A stretch of 64,000 bases of DNA from an uncultured Alphaproteobacteria bacterium (lineage in GTDB: Bacteria; Pseudomonadota; Alphaproteobacteria; CAAHEQ01; UBA3637), in the NCBI GenBank assembly GCA_944392125.1, contig CALXVP010000001.1, positions 132,325 to 196,324 on the forward strand, given 5' to 3'. Shown piece after piece: positions 11,128-20,443 of this stretch. The translations under genes and the position numbers were made by a program. Positions within the stretch are counted from its first letter, which is position 1; each line of letters opens with the position of its first letter. Under the pieces are notes generated by a model that saw only the letters and a list, made by a program, of their open reading frames with translations, did no database searches and was not told the DNA's origin.

Positions 11128-11355
11128 ATAAAATCCTTTTTATGTCTTTTACCATATCTTTCCTCAAAACGCAAGCAAAATCCCGTGTACTCAACTCAAA
11201 CCGTTGTAGACAAAAATCCGCCCAGCATTCTTTTCGCCCCATTTAAAACAAGAAAGATACACAATAATTCTCTGTTTTTATTATACGATTATCAAAACAA
11301 CTTGACTTTTTTAAAAAAATATGTCAATTTAATTACCTATTCATAAGGAGGAAAA

Positions 11356-11784
11356 ATGGAGATTCAACCCAATTGTTTTAATGAGATTCAACAAGCCTAT
11401 TTTCAAAATGCCACTCTGAAATTTGATAGCATAAGCCTATTGCAAACACTGCGCACCGGCTCCCCGAATGCCGTCAGTTTGGGCATGGGCGATACGGTTT
11501 TACATCTTTATGTCCGCGGTTATGCCGGTGGCAAATTCAAAGATATTATTCCGGAAGATATTTTAAATCACAAGCCCCATATCAATCCCTTTATACGCAA
11601 TAAAGAGGGGTTAACGGCGTCAACACTTTTAAAGGTTTTACTGACACATCAGTCTATCAACTACCAGAAAAATCAACTCTATCAAACATTAGTTTCATAC
11701 GAAAAATGCTTTGCGGAAAAAAGATTGTGTTTAAAGCCGAATTTGATGAAATACCGTTGCGAACAAAGAGAGCGCGATTGCTAA
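11356..11784 (+). CDS. hypothetical protein, possibly ankyrin-repeat-like
   Basis: GDTVLHLYVRGYAGG ... NKEGLTASTLLKVLLTH resembles ANK repeats. Weak. Confidence 0.25.
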   Translation: MEIQPNCFNEIQQAYFQNATLKFDSISLLQTLRTGSPNAVSLGMGDTVLHLYVRGYAGGKFKDIIPEDILNHKPHINPFIRNKEGLTASTLLKVLLTHQSINYQKNQLYQTLVSYEKCFAEKRLCLKPNLMKYRCEQRERDC

Positions 11785-11892
11785 AATACCGCAAATAGTT
11801 TTGTGTATATCGCAAAAAACCGCCCGTTTCCAACGGACGGTTTTTCATTTATTCGGGTATTTTTTTATTAAACGCTCAAACAACAAACGCTT

Positions 11893-12270
11893 TTAACGGC
11901 GGTTAATAATCCGTTGCACTTCTTGCGTCACAATTCGCTCCACGATTTCGGGCAAATTCGCATTCAGCCACTCGCGCAACATCGGGCGTAAAACGGTTTC
12001 AACCTGCCCCGCAATTGGACTTTCTTCCTTTACCGCCTGCAATTTATTCAATGCCACTTGCGTGCGAAGAGCCGTTTCGGAATCAATCAGCGTTCCTTGC
12101 GATACCTGCATTTGAGGCGTTAATTCAAAAACAACGTCATTTTGTTCATTATCCGCATAAGATTTAGCTGTCTCCTTCGGGGCTTCACTTTTTAATGTGG
12201 CTGCCTCTTTTGAGAGCACTTGACGAATGGATGATAGAATCTCGCTGACTGATTGTTGCTCTTCTTGCAT
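11893..12270 (-). CDS. DUF2497 / PopZ C-terminal-domain-like protein
   Basis: The C-terminal LRPMLREWLNANLPEIVERIVTQEVQRI matches the conserved DUF2497 (PopZ C-terminal) signature. Adjacent to tolC, as in many Alphaproteobacteria. Confidence 0.45.
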   Translation of the reverse strand: MQEEQQSVSEILSSIRQVLSKEAATLKSEAPKETAKSYADNEQNDVVFELTPQMQVSQGTLIDSETALRTQVALNKLQAVKEESPIAGQVETVLRPMLREWLNANLPEIVERIVTQEVQRIINRR

Positions 12271-12279
12271 ATTCGCTCC

Positions 12280-13644
12280 TTAATCTATATTAAATCCAAT
12301 CCACTTATTTTTGATTTCATCATAATATTTTGTCGGATCATACGAGGGCACATTTAAATTTAAACCTTCCGGATTTAACTGCCCGATGGCCGACAACAAT
12401 GTAAACGCAGAAACAATTTCATCCCGATGCACTTTAACGAGTGATACTTGGTTATCTAAATGTTCCTGCTCGGCATCTAACACATCCAGTACCGTTCGTG
12501 ATCCGACTTGTGCTTCTCGAATCACACCGTCCAAAGCAATTTTAGAGGCCTTGATTTGGGCTTTAATTGAGTTAATCTGTGCTTTGTTAGAGGTATAGTT
12601 TTCCCAAGCGCTGATGGTTTGGGAACGAACGGTTTGCCGAATTTTGGAGAGCAAAATCCGATATTGATTTTCAGTGTGTTTTGCCGCCCGAATTTCGGAA
12701 TATTCACTACCCGATTGATACAACGGCACCCGCATATTCGCCATCACTTCCCAAGTATCGTTTCGTTTAAATGAGCTGTTGTCATGTTGCTTCGCCGCGG
12801 CGGCCGACACGTCAATTTGTGGCGCCAACGCACCTTTTTTCGCACTCACGGTATAGCCTGCTGCTTTTACGGCATGCTCATAAGCTTTCACTTGCGGATT
12901 GTTGGCCAACGCCAGTTGAATAGCCTCATCCAATGATTTGGGCAACCGAATGGTTGAATCGGATACATCATCCATTTGTTCTGCCGGTTCTAACCCGACC
13001 ACATCAAAATAATTTGCATTTGAAACTTGTAAACTGCCTTCAGCAGCAATCCGATTTGCCGTTGCCCCCGATAACCTGGCTTCCGATTGCGCAACGTCTG
13101 TCCGTGTCAACTCACCGGCTTTAAATCTTTTTTGGTAAGAATCCAAGTGCCGACGCAAAACCTTTTCATTATTTATTTGTAATTTTAAAACGGCCTTATC
13201 GCGAATCACATCCATATAAACGGAAATGGCATCCAGCAAAGTGGCTTGTTCCGTATTGTTCAAATTGGAACGTGCCGAGCGAACTTGACTTTTAGCCGCC
13301 TTAACGGAATTATATGTTGAAAGCCCTGAAAACACCGGTTGAACAAAGCTGATTGATAAGGCATTCGGATCTAAATCTTGATCCATTTTACTACCGCCGA
13401 ATTCATTGCTATAAATGCTTTGGATATGCGAACGGCCGACATTTCCTTCGCCGATAACCGTCGGACGATAGCCGGATTTTGCCTGTGCCACGGATTCGTC
13501 GGTTGCCTTTAATCCGGCCCGTTCGGCGTTAATGGTTAAGCTGTTTTCATACGTATATGATAAAACATCGGATAATGTTTCTGCCATAGCCACGGAAGAA
13601 ACGGTTGATAAAATTAAAGTCAGCACACTGATTTTCTTAAACAT
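12280..13644 (-). CDS. tolC: TolC-family outer-membrane efflux protein
   Basis: Signal peptide, two internally repeated halves with coiled-coil-rich segments, typical of the OEP/TolC family. 454 aa. Confidence 0.75.
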   Translation of the reverse strand: MFKKISVLTLILSTVSSVAMAETLSDVLSYTYENSLTINAERAGLKATDESVAQAKSGYRPTVIGEGNVGRSHIQSIYSNEFGGSKMDQDLDPNALSISFVQPVFSGLSTYNSVKAAKSQVRSARSNLNNTEQATLLDAISVYMDVIRDKAVLKLQINNEKVLRRHLDSYQKRFKAGELTRTDVAQSEARLSGATANRIAAEGSLQVSNANYFDVVGLEPAEQMDDVSDSTIRLPKSLDEAIQLALANNPQVKAYEHAVKAAGYTVSAKKGALAPQIDVSAAAAKQHDNSSFKRNDTWEVMANMRVPLYQSGSEYSEIRAAKHTENQYRILLSKIRQTVRSQTISAWENYTSNKAQINSIKAQIKASKIALDGVIREAQVGSRTVLDVLDAEQEHLDNQVSLVKVHRDEIVSAFTLLSAIGQLNPEGLNLNVPSYDPTKYYDEIKNKWIGFNID

Positions 13645-13766
13645 TTGTTTTACTCCTTATCAATTCGTCATTTCAAAATAAAACATTTCAAAAAAAAATT
13701 CAAGAATTTTATTTTTTTTCTTGACTTGTTTTTCAAAATTAGATAAAAGAAACATATTCTTTGAAT

Positions 13767-13841
13767 GGCCGGTTGGCAGAATGGCTTATGCAGAGGACTG
13801 CAAATCCTTTTATGTCGGTTCGATTCCGGCACCGGCCTCCA
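13767..13841 (+). tRNA. tRNA-Cys (anticodon GCA)
   Basis: Cloverleaf: acceptor ggccggt/accggcc, anticodon loop ctGCAaa, T-loop ggttcgattcc, CCA encoded. Confidence 0.85.
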
Positions 13842-13858
13842 CTCAAAGAACAGGGTAT

Positions 13859-13933
13859 TCCAGCGTAGCTCAGTGGTAGAGCAATCGGCTGTTAACCGAT
13901 CGGTCGTAGGTTCGAGCCCTACCGCTGGAGCCA
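13859..13933 (+). tRNA. tRNA-Asn (anticodon GTT)
   Basis: Acceptor tccagcg/cgctgga, D-arm tagctcagtggtagagca, anticodon loop ctGTTaa, T-loop ggttcgagcc, CCA encoded. Confidence 0.85.
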
Positions 13934-14140
13934 TTTAAAAGTCCGCATATACTGCGGGCTTTGTTATTATTTCACTACCGGTAATTTTGTTCCTCATTTT
14001 CGGTTCGCTATTGATAATTGATTTACGGCTCTTTATCTTCCATTGTAAAAACCAATATATTTACATAGCCAAAAACAAAGCGCATTCTTCATTGAACACG
14101 CTTTTTGCTTATTATACTTTTTTATCGCAATGCTACTAGC

Positions 14141-14764
14141 TTAATCCCGCACATTTTCATGGTTCAGTTTTCGAAAATCTCTCATTCCGATATTTTTCCA
14201 TTCCGCAACCGTCAATGTTTTCCCCTGTGCTTGCAGATTAAAATTCATCAAAAATTCGCTTCTAAGCCTCACAGCCTTAGCCTTTATCTCGGCAGTTGAT
14301 ATATCGCCGTCTGTATCAAAATACGCAGTTCCGCCCAGCTCAACTTTTATAAATTTTGCCGGCATCGGAAGCATTGCTTTTTCTTCTTCAGCCAAACGAT
14401 TTTCGTTTTCAATACACGCCTTAATACCGCATGCAATCAAACCACCCAAAACGGCTAATCCCGTTATCTTACCGGCTATTTTCAGTTTCGTGCGGAGTGT
14501 TGTATATTTGTGAGAGTTTAGATTCGAATCCCAAACTGTATAAGAATCAGAAGTTATATCCATAATGCGATATACTCTCTCAGCATGAGGCATTACAACA
14601 CCTTCGTGTGTATATAATGATCGACTCGAATCAAAATGTCTGACCCAAATATATTTATCTATCGCTTTAAACTCACATATATCATTTGCAATCACATTAT
14701 CATTCTTGTTCCGCCACACATATAAACCTGTTTCTTTATCCTCTTGAATATTCAATATTGTCAT
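14141..14764 (-). CDS. hypothetical protein with a central TM helix
   Basis: ORF only. One hydrophobic segment (ITGLAVLGGLIACGIKACI). No recognisable family. Confidence 0.3.
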   Translation of the reverse strand: MTILNIQEDKETGLYVWRNKNDNVIANDICEFKAIDKYIWVRHFDSSRSLYTHEGVVMPHAERVYRIMDITSDSYTVWDSNLNSHKYTTLRTKLKIAGKITGLAVLGGLIACGIKACIENENRLAEEEKAMLPMPAKFIKVELGGTAYFDTDGDISTAEIKAKAVRLRSEFLMNFNLQAQGKTLTVAEWKNIGMRDFRKLNHENVRD

Positions 14765-14856
14765 TTTAAATCCTTTTTAATATGCTTCAATTTACGCACA
14801 ACCATGCAAGATAGCAAGCATAGTATCTTTTTTTGATATATTTGTCAATAATTATT

Positions 14857-15468
14857 TTATAATTTTAACAATGTTTGCAAAACATCGTTTGGTGTTTGAG
14901 GAGAATAAACTTCAAACCCCTGCTCACGATAAAATGAATCACTGATTAAATCGTTATCAATTAAAATACAATCTTGTGGATTCAAGGCATTATCAGCCAT
15001 AAATTTCTTAAAAAACGGGCGTGTTCCGTCAGGTAGCGTGTCTGCCTTTAAACAACCGCTCTCGGAAGAAGAAAGATATCCGTCAAACACCTTTTCCAGA
15101 TGATGATACGGATAAATATATCCACCGAAAACATCAAAATAATCGGCAACCACAATAACCCGATACCCCTTTTCTCTCAAACGTTGAACAGCCGGAATAA
15201 ACTCGGGCAAATCAGGCCGATGCGCCGATAAATCCTGCATAAATGCCGCCTGCACAACCCCTTTCGGGATAAATTTATCCTCAAAGAAATGCCAGACATT
15301 GCAAAAACGCGTATAACCGCGCATCCAATCCAGCGTCAACTCGGGGTTTTGTTCAAATAACACCGTTCGGATTTGATGAAAAAGCGCCGAATCCGTTTCT
15401 TTCAAGGAGTCCCACAAAAAATGAGAACACCATGTTTTATACCAATTTATCAAAATAACACGACGCAT
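14857..15468 (-). CDS. hypothetical protein
   Basis: ORF only. No clear motifs. Confidence 0.3.
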   Translation of the reverse strand: MRRVILINWYKTWCSHFLWDSLKETDSALFHQIRTVLFEQNPELTLDWMRGYTRFCNVWHFFEDKFIPKGVVQAAFMQDLSAHRPDLPEFIPAVQRLREKGYRVIVVADYFDVFGGYIYPYHHLEKVFDGYLSSSESGCLKADTLPDGTRPFFKKFMADNALNPQDCILIDNDLISDSFYREQGFEVYSPQTPNDVLQTLLKL

Positions 15469-15768
15469 CTTTACTCTCCCCTCAACATCTAAATCCCCAT
15501 GAGTTGATTATAGCAAAGGCATTTAAAAAGTCAAGGCATTTTCATATCGAACAACGGCGTTGCAAACAAAAGTCAGCGCCGAATAGGAGTATAAGAAGGA
15601 GTGGGTTATCGGGAAATTAACCCCTCTTTTATAAAAAATCGTTTAAAAAACAAAAAGATAAAAAGTGTCACAAAAGTGTCATTTGATTTTTAACAAAAGA
15701 TTTTGTATAAAGGGAACACGAATTTATGTGTATTTTGTTAGATGATGTAAGAAGGAAGGAAAAAGATA

Positions 15769-16602
15769 ATGAAAACAGGAATTATGGCAGGCAAAAAAGG
15801 CCTGATTATGGGTGTGGCGAACGATCACTCAATCGCATGGGGTATTGCAAAAGCAATGGCTGACCAAGGGGCGGAAATTGCCTTTACGTATCAAGGTGAA
15901 ACATTGGAAAAACGGGTGCGCCCGTTAGCGGAATCCATCGGATCGGATATTTTGATTCCGTGCGATGTGTTAAACAGCGAATCCATGGATAATGCTTTTA
16001 AAATGATTAAAGAAAAATGGGGAAAGTTGGATTTTGTTGTCCACGCCATCGCTTTTTCGGATAAGAACGAATTAAAGGGACGGTATGTTGATACATCGGC
16101 AGCGAACTTTTCAAATTCCATGTTAATTTCATGTTATTCATTCACGGATGTTTGCCGTCGCGCATCAGAATTGATGGTAGATGGCGGTGCATGTTTAACA
16201 CTCACATATCTCGGCGCTGAAAGATACTTGCCGAACTACAATGTAATGGGTGTAGCCAAAGCAGCATTAGAAGCTTCTATTCACTTTATTGCATTTGATT
16301 TGGGCCATCAAAACATTCGTGTGAACGCTATTTCGGCGGGTCCGATTCGCACATTGGCCGCTGCCGGTATCGGCGACTTCCGTCAAATTTTGGGCTGGAC
16401 GGAAAATAACTCCGCTTTGTGCCGGAATGTGACGATTGAAGATGTCGGCAAGGCAGGTATGTTCCTCTGCTCCGATTTATCATCCGGAATTACGGGAGAA
16501 ATTGTGCACGTAGACGCAGGGTATAACAAAAACGCCATGATTAACCCGAAGAATGCACAAAAATCGGCGGAATTATTAGCTTCATTCAAACTTTCGGAAT
16601 AG
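15769..16602 (+). CDS. fabI: enoyl-[acyl-carrier-protein] reductase (NADH)
   Basis: GKKGLIMGVANDHSIAWGIAKAM Rossmann N-terminus and FabI-type SDR motifs (LTYLGAERYLPNYNVMGVAKAALE). Confidence 0.9.
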   Translation: MKTGIMAGKKGLIMGVANDHSIAWGIAKAMADQGAEIAFTYQGETLEKRVRPLAESIGSDILIPCDVLNSESMDNAFKMIKEKWGKLDFVVHAIAFSDKNELKGRYVDTSAANFSNSMLISCYSFTDVCRRASELMVDGGACLTLTYLGAERYLPNYNVMGVAKAALEASIHFIAFDLGHQNIRVNAISAGPIRTLAAAGIGDFRQILGWTENNSALCRNVTIEDVGKAGMFLCSDLSSGITGEIVHVDAGYNKNAMINPKNAQKSAELLASFKLSE

Positions 16603-16829
16603 ACTAAAACCAAAGTGAATTTATTTTTTAACAATCCTCGTTTAACGCGGGGATTGTTTTTTTTCACTATAACACCTCTTTATGCGATAAATCAAAATAA
16701 TAAAAATAAAATCACGATTCGTCTTTTTTCAAAAAAAGCCCTCAATATGGCTTTGATTTGCGAAAATATAGTTGACGAAGCATGGAAATTTTTATAAAAT
16801 ACTGTAAATTGTTTTTATAAATAAAATGC

Positions 16830-18500
16830 ATGAATATACAGATACACAAAATTACGGGAGACGGAATGAAAAAAACGATTTCTTTTTTTAAACAAATAGG
16901 TTGTCTAGAGCAAGAGAGTATACAAAGCAAAATGCCTCATCACTCGGCTTTGTCCACTGATTTTCCTGCGATACACACCGAGAAAGCCGAATCGGGGCGA
17001 TCCATGGTGGAAATACTGGCGGTGTTGGCGATTATGGGCGTGTTGGCCGTTGTGGGGATTGTGGTTTATAAATACGCCATGGATAAACACCGCGCCAATA
17101 CGATTTTACAAGATGCACATCTCGGCTTTGCCTCTATCAGAGGCACACGTGCCGAACAATTTGATTGGACGCCCGTTAATTTTGAGCCTAAAAGCGGAAA
17201 GCCCGTTGATGTTTTGCGCGATTCCGATAGAGATGACTATGTGCGCGTGCAAGAAATTGAACTTTCGGTTTGCAAACAAATTTTATTGATGGCCGTTCCG
17301 GGGAAATTGATGTTTTACGATGAACAAGGCGAAGATATGCTTACCTGCCCCGATGAATTAAACACGATTATCTTTGCGTTTGAGGGCACACGGGCGCCGG
17401 GCGTCAACTGCGAAACGGGCACCGACTGCGAGGGCGAAGGCGAAGGCGCATATTGCAATATGGATAAAGGAGTTTGTCGCACCTGCCCTGTGGAAGAAGG
17501 ATTTGTTGTCAGCCCGAACGGAGAGGCTTGTTGGCCTGTTTGCGATGAAGATACCGAAACAACCTGTATGACGGACACCGAACGTTGGTGTTGCAATAAC
17601 GAAACCGAGCTTTGCGGAGATGAAGCAGGCGTGTGCGAACTTTCAAGCGGTGTTTGCGAATATCGGTTAAAATCTCAAACAAGCGAAAAAGAGGCTGATT
17701 GCAGTTATCGGTATGAAAACCAAACCAGTAAAAAATATTCTGAGTGTGAATGCAAATTTACAAACCAAACTAGTGAAAAATATGCTGATTGCAGTTACGA
17801 AAGTTCTGGCACAGCCGAAAATTTCAAACTGAACCTCATAAAAGGGTGTCCCAGTGGACAATATTGTTATTTGGCATACTCGGACGACAGTTGTGAAAAT
17901 TCACTGGGTAGCGCAGGTGCTTCAATCATGCATGGCACATGCACGGCTTGGGCAATGACAAATCCGTCGTGCCGTATCCGTTCATTGGGGGATGTGTTGT
18001 CTTCGTGTACAACATGTCCAAACGGGCAATATTGCTATCTAGCATACAAGGATGATCAGTGTGAGCAAACTCTTGGCAGTGAGGGTGCAGCCACTATGTA
18101 CGGAACATGTACGGCTTGGGCAATGACAAATCCAACTTGTCGTATTAAAGAATTGAGCGGGGTTGTTACACCAATTCAAACGTGTCCAAACGGGCAATAT
18201 TGCTATTTGGCTTATCAAGATGAAGGTTGCGAATCCTCACTGGGCAGTACCGGAGCGGAGATCATGTACGGTGCTTGCACGGCTTGGGCAATGACAAATC
18301 CAACTTGCCCAATTAAATGGTTGGATACTGATATACTGACGCCCGTGGAAAAATGCCCAAGTAGTAAGTACTGCTACTTAAAATATGCGTCACCCGGTTG
18401 TGTGGATCCTGTAGGTTCAACCGGTTCAGACCCAATTTATGGTGTTTGTATTCCAGGAAACTCCAATAATGCAAACTGTCCTAGTGAGAGTTCAGAATAA
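16830..18500 (+). CDS. cysteine-rich tandem-repeat protein with a type IV pilin-like N-terminus (…ESG|RSMVEILAVLAIMGVLAVVGIVVYKYAM); paralogue of 1979-4861; the real start is probably internal (for example M35 at about 16932)
   Basis: Same class III signal-peptide motif as the 960-aa protein. Four C-terminal roughly 55-aa repeats (CPNGQYCYLAY...GTCTAWAMTNPTCRI). The stop overlaps the avd start (TAATG). Confidence 0.55.
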   Translation: MNIQIHKITGDGMKKTISFFKQIGCLEQESIQSKMPHHSALSTDFPAIHTEKAESGRSMVEILAVLAIMGVLAVVGIVVYKYAMDKHRANTILQDAHLGFASIRGTRAEQFDWTPVNFEPKSGKPVDVLRDSDRDDYVRVQEIELSVCKQILLMAVPGKLMFYDEQGEDMLTCPDELNTIIFAFEGTRAPGVNCETGTDCEGEGEGAYCNMDKGVCRTCPVEEGFVVSPNGEACWPVCDEDTETTCMTDTERWCCNNETELCGDEAGVCELSSGVCEYRLKSQTSEKEADCSYRYENQTSKKYSECECKFTNQTSEKYADCSYESSGTAENFKLNLIKGCPSGQYCYLAYSDDSCENSLGSAGASIMHGTCTAWAMTNPSCRIRSLGDVLSSCTTCPNGQYCYLAYKDDQCEQTLGSEGAATMYGTCTAWAMTNPTCRIKELSGVVTPIQTCPNGQYCYLAYQDEGCESSLGSTGAEIMYGACTAWAMTNPTCPIKWLDTDILTPVEKCPSSKYCYLKYASPGCVDPVGSTGSDPIYGVCIPGNSNNANCPSESSE

Positions 18501-18868
18501 TGTCTTCTCGGAGTGAACTTTTACCGATATACATAGCCTGTTACCGTTTAACGCAGGAAATTTTTTCGTGTACGATAAAATTTCCAAAAGAGTATAAATT
18601 TCTCTTAGGACAGTCATTAAATGAAAACGCCTTAAATTTATGCTGTTTAATTTCTCGCATAAACCAAATGACACAAAAGGGAACGTATTTTGAGGACTTT
18701 TTTGCGACATTTGAACGTGTGCGGATAGAATTACGTTTGAGTGCAGATTTTAATTTACTGAGCTTAAAAAAACAAGCGCATCTGGCAGTTATGCTTGAAG
18801 ATATCCATACTCAAGCGCTTGCTTGGAGGAGAAGCAACTTAAAAAAGGAGGAAAAAACGATTACATAA
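18500..18868 (+). CDS. avd: DGR accessory variability determinant (Avd-like four-helix-bundle protein)
   Basis: 122 aa. LPIYIACYRLTQEIFSCTIKFPKEYKFLLGQSL matches the Avd / four-helix-bundle family pattern. Position is immediately upstream of the TR and RT. Confidence 0.75.
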   Translation: MSSRSELLPIYIACYRLTQEIFSCTIKFPKEYKFLLGQSLNENALNLCCLISRINQMTQKGTYFEDFFATFERVRIELRLSADFNLLSLKKQAHLAVMLEDIHTQALAWRRSNLKKEEKTIT

Positions 18869-19030
18869 TCGGCCGGAGTCAGGGAAAATTCCGAATTATC
18901 CTGAGTGAGCTATATTTTAATTTTAAAAGGGTCAGTCACCAAATGATGTTTAGTAGAATTAAACGATATTTGGTATATATAATAGTATTGACTTATTCAC
19001 GGAAGATTTTTATCTTCTATAACGCCTTAG

Positions 19031-19118
19031 GCGTTAATCTTTCTTCCGGAGATGTGAACAACAACAACCGTAACAACACTAACTACGCAGTTTGTCAGTA
19101 GGTTAGGCGCCGCTTTTA
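19031..19118 (+). repeat. DGR template repeat (TR, 19031-19101) plus a conserved 3' IMH-like extension gttaggcgccgctttta (19102-19118)
   Basis: Near-identical to the 3' end of the minus-strand gene 20461-20871. Every mismatch maps to an adenine in this copy. It is A-rich (AAC)n, and its translation (…NNNNRNNTNYAVCQ) appears as the spurious ORF 18823-19101. Confidence 0.85.
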
Positions 19119-19141
19119 AAATTAAAATTTAATAAATTGAT

Positions 19142-20440
19142 ATGGAACAGATTGATTTTTTTAACTTATTATCTGATTTAACACTTGAAGATGTATTTCA
19201 AGCGTATTTTGAGTGTCGCCGAAACAAAAGGCGCACGCTATCGTCTTTAAATTTTGAAATGAACTACGAACAAAATTTAATTCAACTATGGAAAGACATA
19301 ACGCAAAGGCGCTATCAACTAGCTGATTCTAATGCTTTTATTGTAAAATATCCTGTCCCACGAGAAGTATTTGCAGCACAATTTAGAGATAGAATTGTTC
19401 ATCATCTCGTAATTGGACGGTTATTACCGCATTTTGAAAAAGCTTTTTCAGATTATTCATATAGTTGCCGCGCTGGGAAAGGAACATTGTATGGCATTCG
19501 TGACATAGAAGAAATGCTCAAAATTTGCTCTAAAAATTACACAAAAAATTGTTTTGTTTTACGTTTAGACATTGAGGGTTTTTTCTTCCATATCGACAAA
19601 CGAATATTGCATAAACAAATTATATCACTTGTTAATAATTCCTATTTTAAATCAAATAAATCCACAATACTCTATCTTATTGACTTAATTTTAAACGATA
19701 AACCAACAATTCACTGCAAAAAAAAGACGCCGCAAAACAGTTGGAAAAATTTACCAAGAACAAAAAGCCTATTTTATGCAGATAGGGATTGTGGCTTGCC
19801 TATCGGAAATTTAACAAGCCAAATTTTTGCAAATTTTTATTTAAACGGGTTAGACCATTACATCACACAACTGAATCCGGAATTGTTCTATGGCCGGTAC
19901 GTGGATGACATGGTACTTATTCATTCCGACAAAGAATACCTGTGCCACGTAAAAAACTTAATTCAAACTTATCTTCATAATAACTTAAACCTTAATTTAC
20001 ACCCTAAAAAAATAGTCTTACAACACTACGGAAAAGGCTTTTTATTCATTGGAGCATACATTCTTCCAAATCGAACATATCCGTCCAAAAGGCTACAAAA
20101 ATCTTTTTATAGGCGAATTTCATATCTGAATAACCTGTGGAAAAATAAAAATATGAATACAGTTGAAAAAGAATTGGTAAATAAAACATTATGTATCTTA
20201 AATTCCTATTTTGGGCTACTTAGGAACTTCAATTCTTGGCGTATTAAACTGAAAGGTTGGAATATGCTTTCTCCCGAAATAAGAGAGGTTTTTTTTAGTG
20301 ACTTAAATTTTTCAAAAGTCAAAATTTGCGATAAAATGAAAGAAAGGTTTAGAGTTGAGGCACGTAACATTCTGCAGCCCCCGCTAATGGGGCTGCAAAA
20401 TAAAACCGCCTTTTTAAAAAGGCGGTTTAAGAAAAAATAA
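19142..20440 (+). CDS. diversity-generating retroelement reverse transcriptase
   Basis: RT motifs, including YVDDMVLI (YxDD) and the DGR-diagnostic LPIGNLTSQIFANFYL (SQ replaces the group II intron QGxxxSP). 432 aa with no maturase or endonuclease domains. Adjacent TR/VR pair. Confidence 0.9.
   Translation: MEQIDFFNLLSDLTLEDVFQAYFECRRNKRRTLSSLNFEMNYEQNLIQLWKDITQRRYQLADSNAFIVKYPVPREVFAAQFRDRIVHHLVIGRLLPHFEKAFSDYSYSCRAGKGTLYGIRDIEEMLKICSKNYTKNCFVLRLDIEGFFFHIDKRILHKQIISLVNNSYFKSNKSTILYLIDLILNDKPTIHCKKKTPQNSWKNLPRTKSLFYADRDCGLPIGNLTSQIFANFYLNGLDHYITQLNPELFYGRYVDDMVLIHSDKEYLCHVKNLIQTYLHNNLNLNLHPKKIVLQHYGKGFLFIGAYILPNRTYPSKRLQKSFYRRISYLNNLWKNKNMNTVEKELVNKTLCILNSYFGLLRNFNSWRIKLKGWNMLSPEIREVFFSDLNFSKVKICDKMKERFRVEARNILQPPLMGLQNKTAFLKRRFKKK
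20382..20436. promoter_or_regulatory. two strong hairpins inside the 3' end of the RT coding region (tgcagcccc-N7-ggggctgca at 20382-20406; aaaccgccttttt/aaaaaggcggttt palindrome at 20410-20436), immediately 3' of the VR/IMH on the target strand
   Basis: Seen directly. Their position relative to the IMH resembles the hairpin/cruciform element that enhances DGR homing. They could also terminate the convergent transcripts. Confidence 0.4.
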
Positions 20441-20443
20441 AAT

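Noticed and set aside
13668-13934. 88-aa minus-strand ORF
   Set aside because: It lies entirely across the tRNA-Cys and tRNA-Asn genes and is an artefact of ORF calling.
18380-18500. A VR expected at the 3' end of the gene immediately upstream of avd (the canonical DGR layout)
   Set aside because: The last roughly 120 nt of 16830-18500 show no similarity to the TR. The only VR found is in the convergent gene 20461-20871.
18823-19101. 92-aa ORF ending …NNNNRNNTNYAVCQ
   Set aside because: It is the translation of the template repeat itself (A-rich AAC codons). It is non-coding DGR template, not a gene.
19142-20440. The reverse transcriptase considered as a group II intron or retron RT
   Set aside because: It has no maturase (X) or endonuclease domain and no intron RNA domain V-like structure was spotted. 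It has the DGR-specific IGNLTSQ motif, an adjacent Avd, and a TR/VR pair with A-specific differences. Retron RTs lack these companions.
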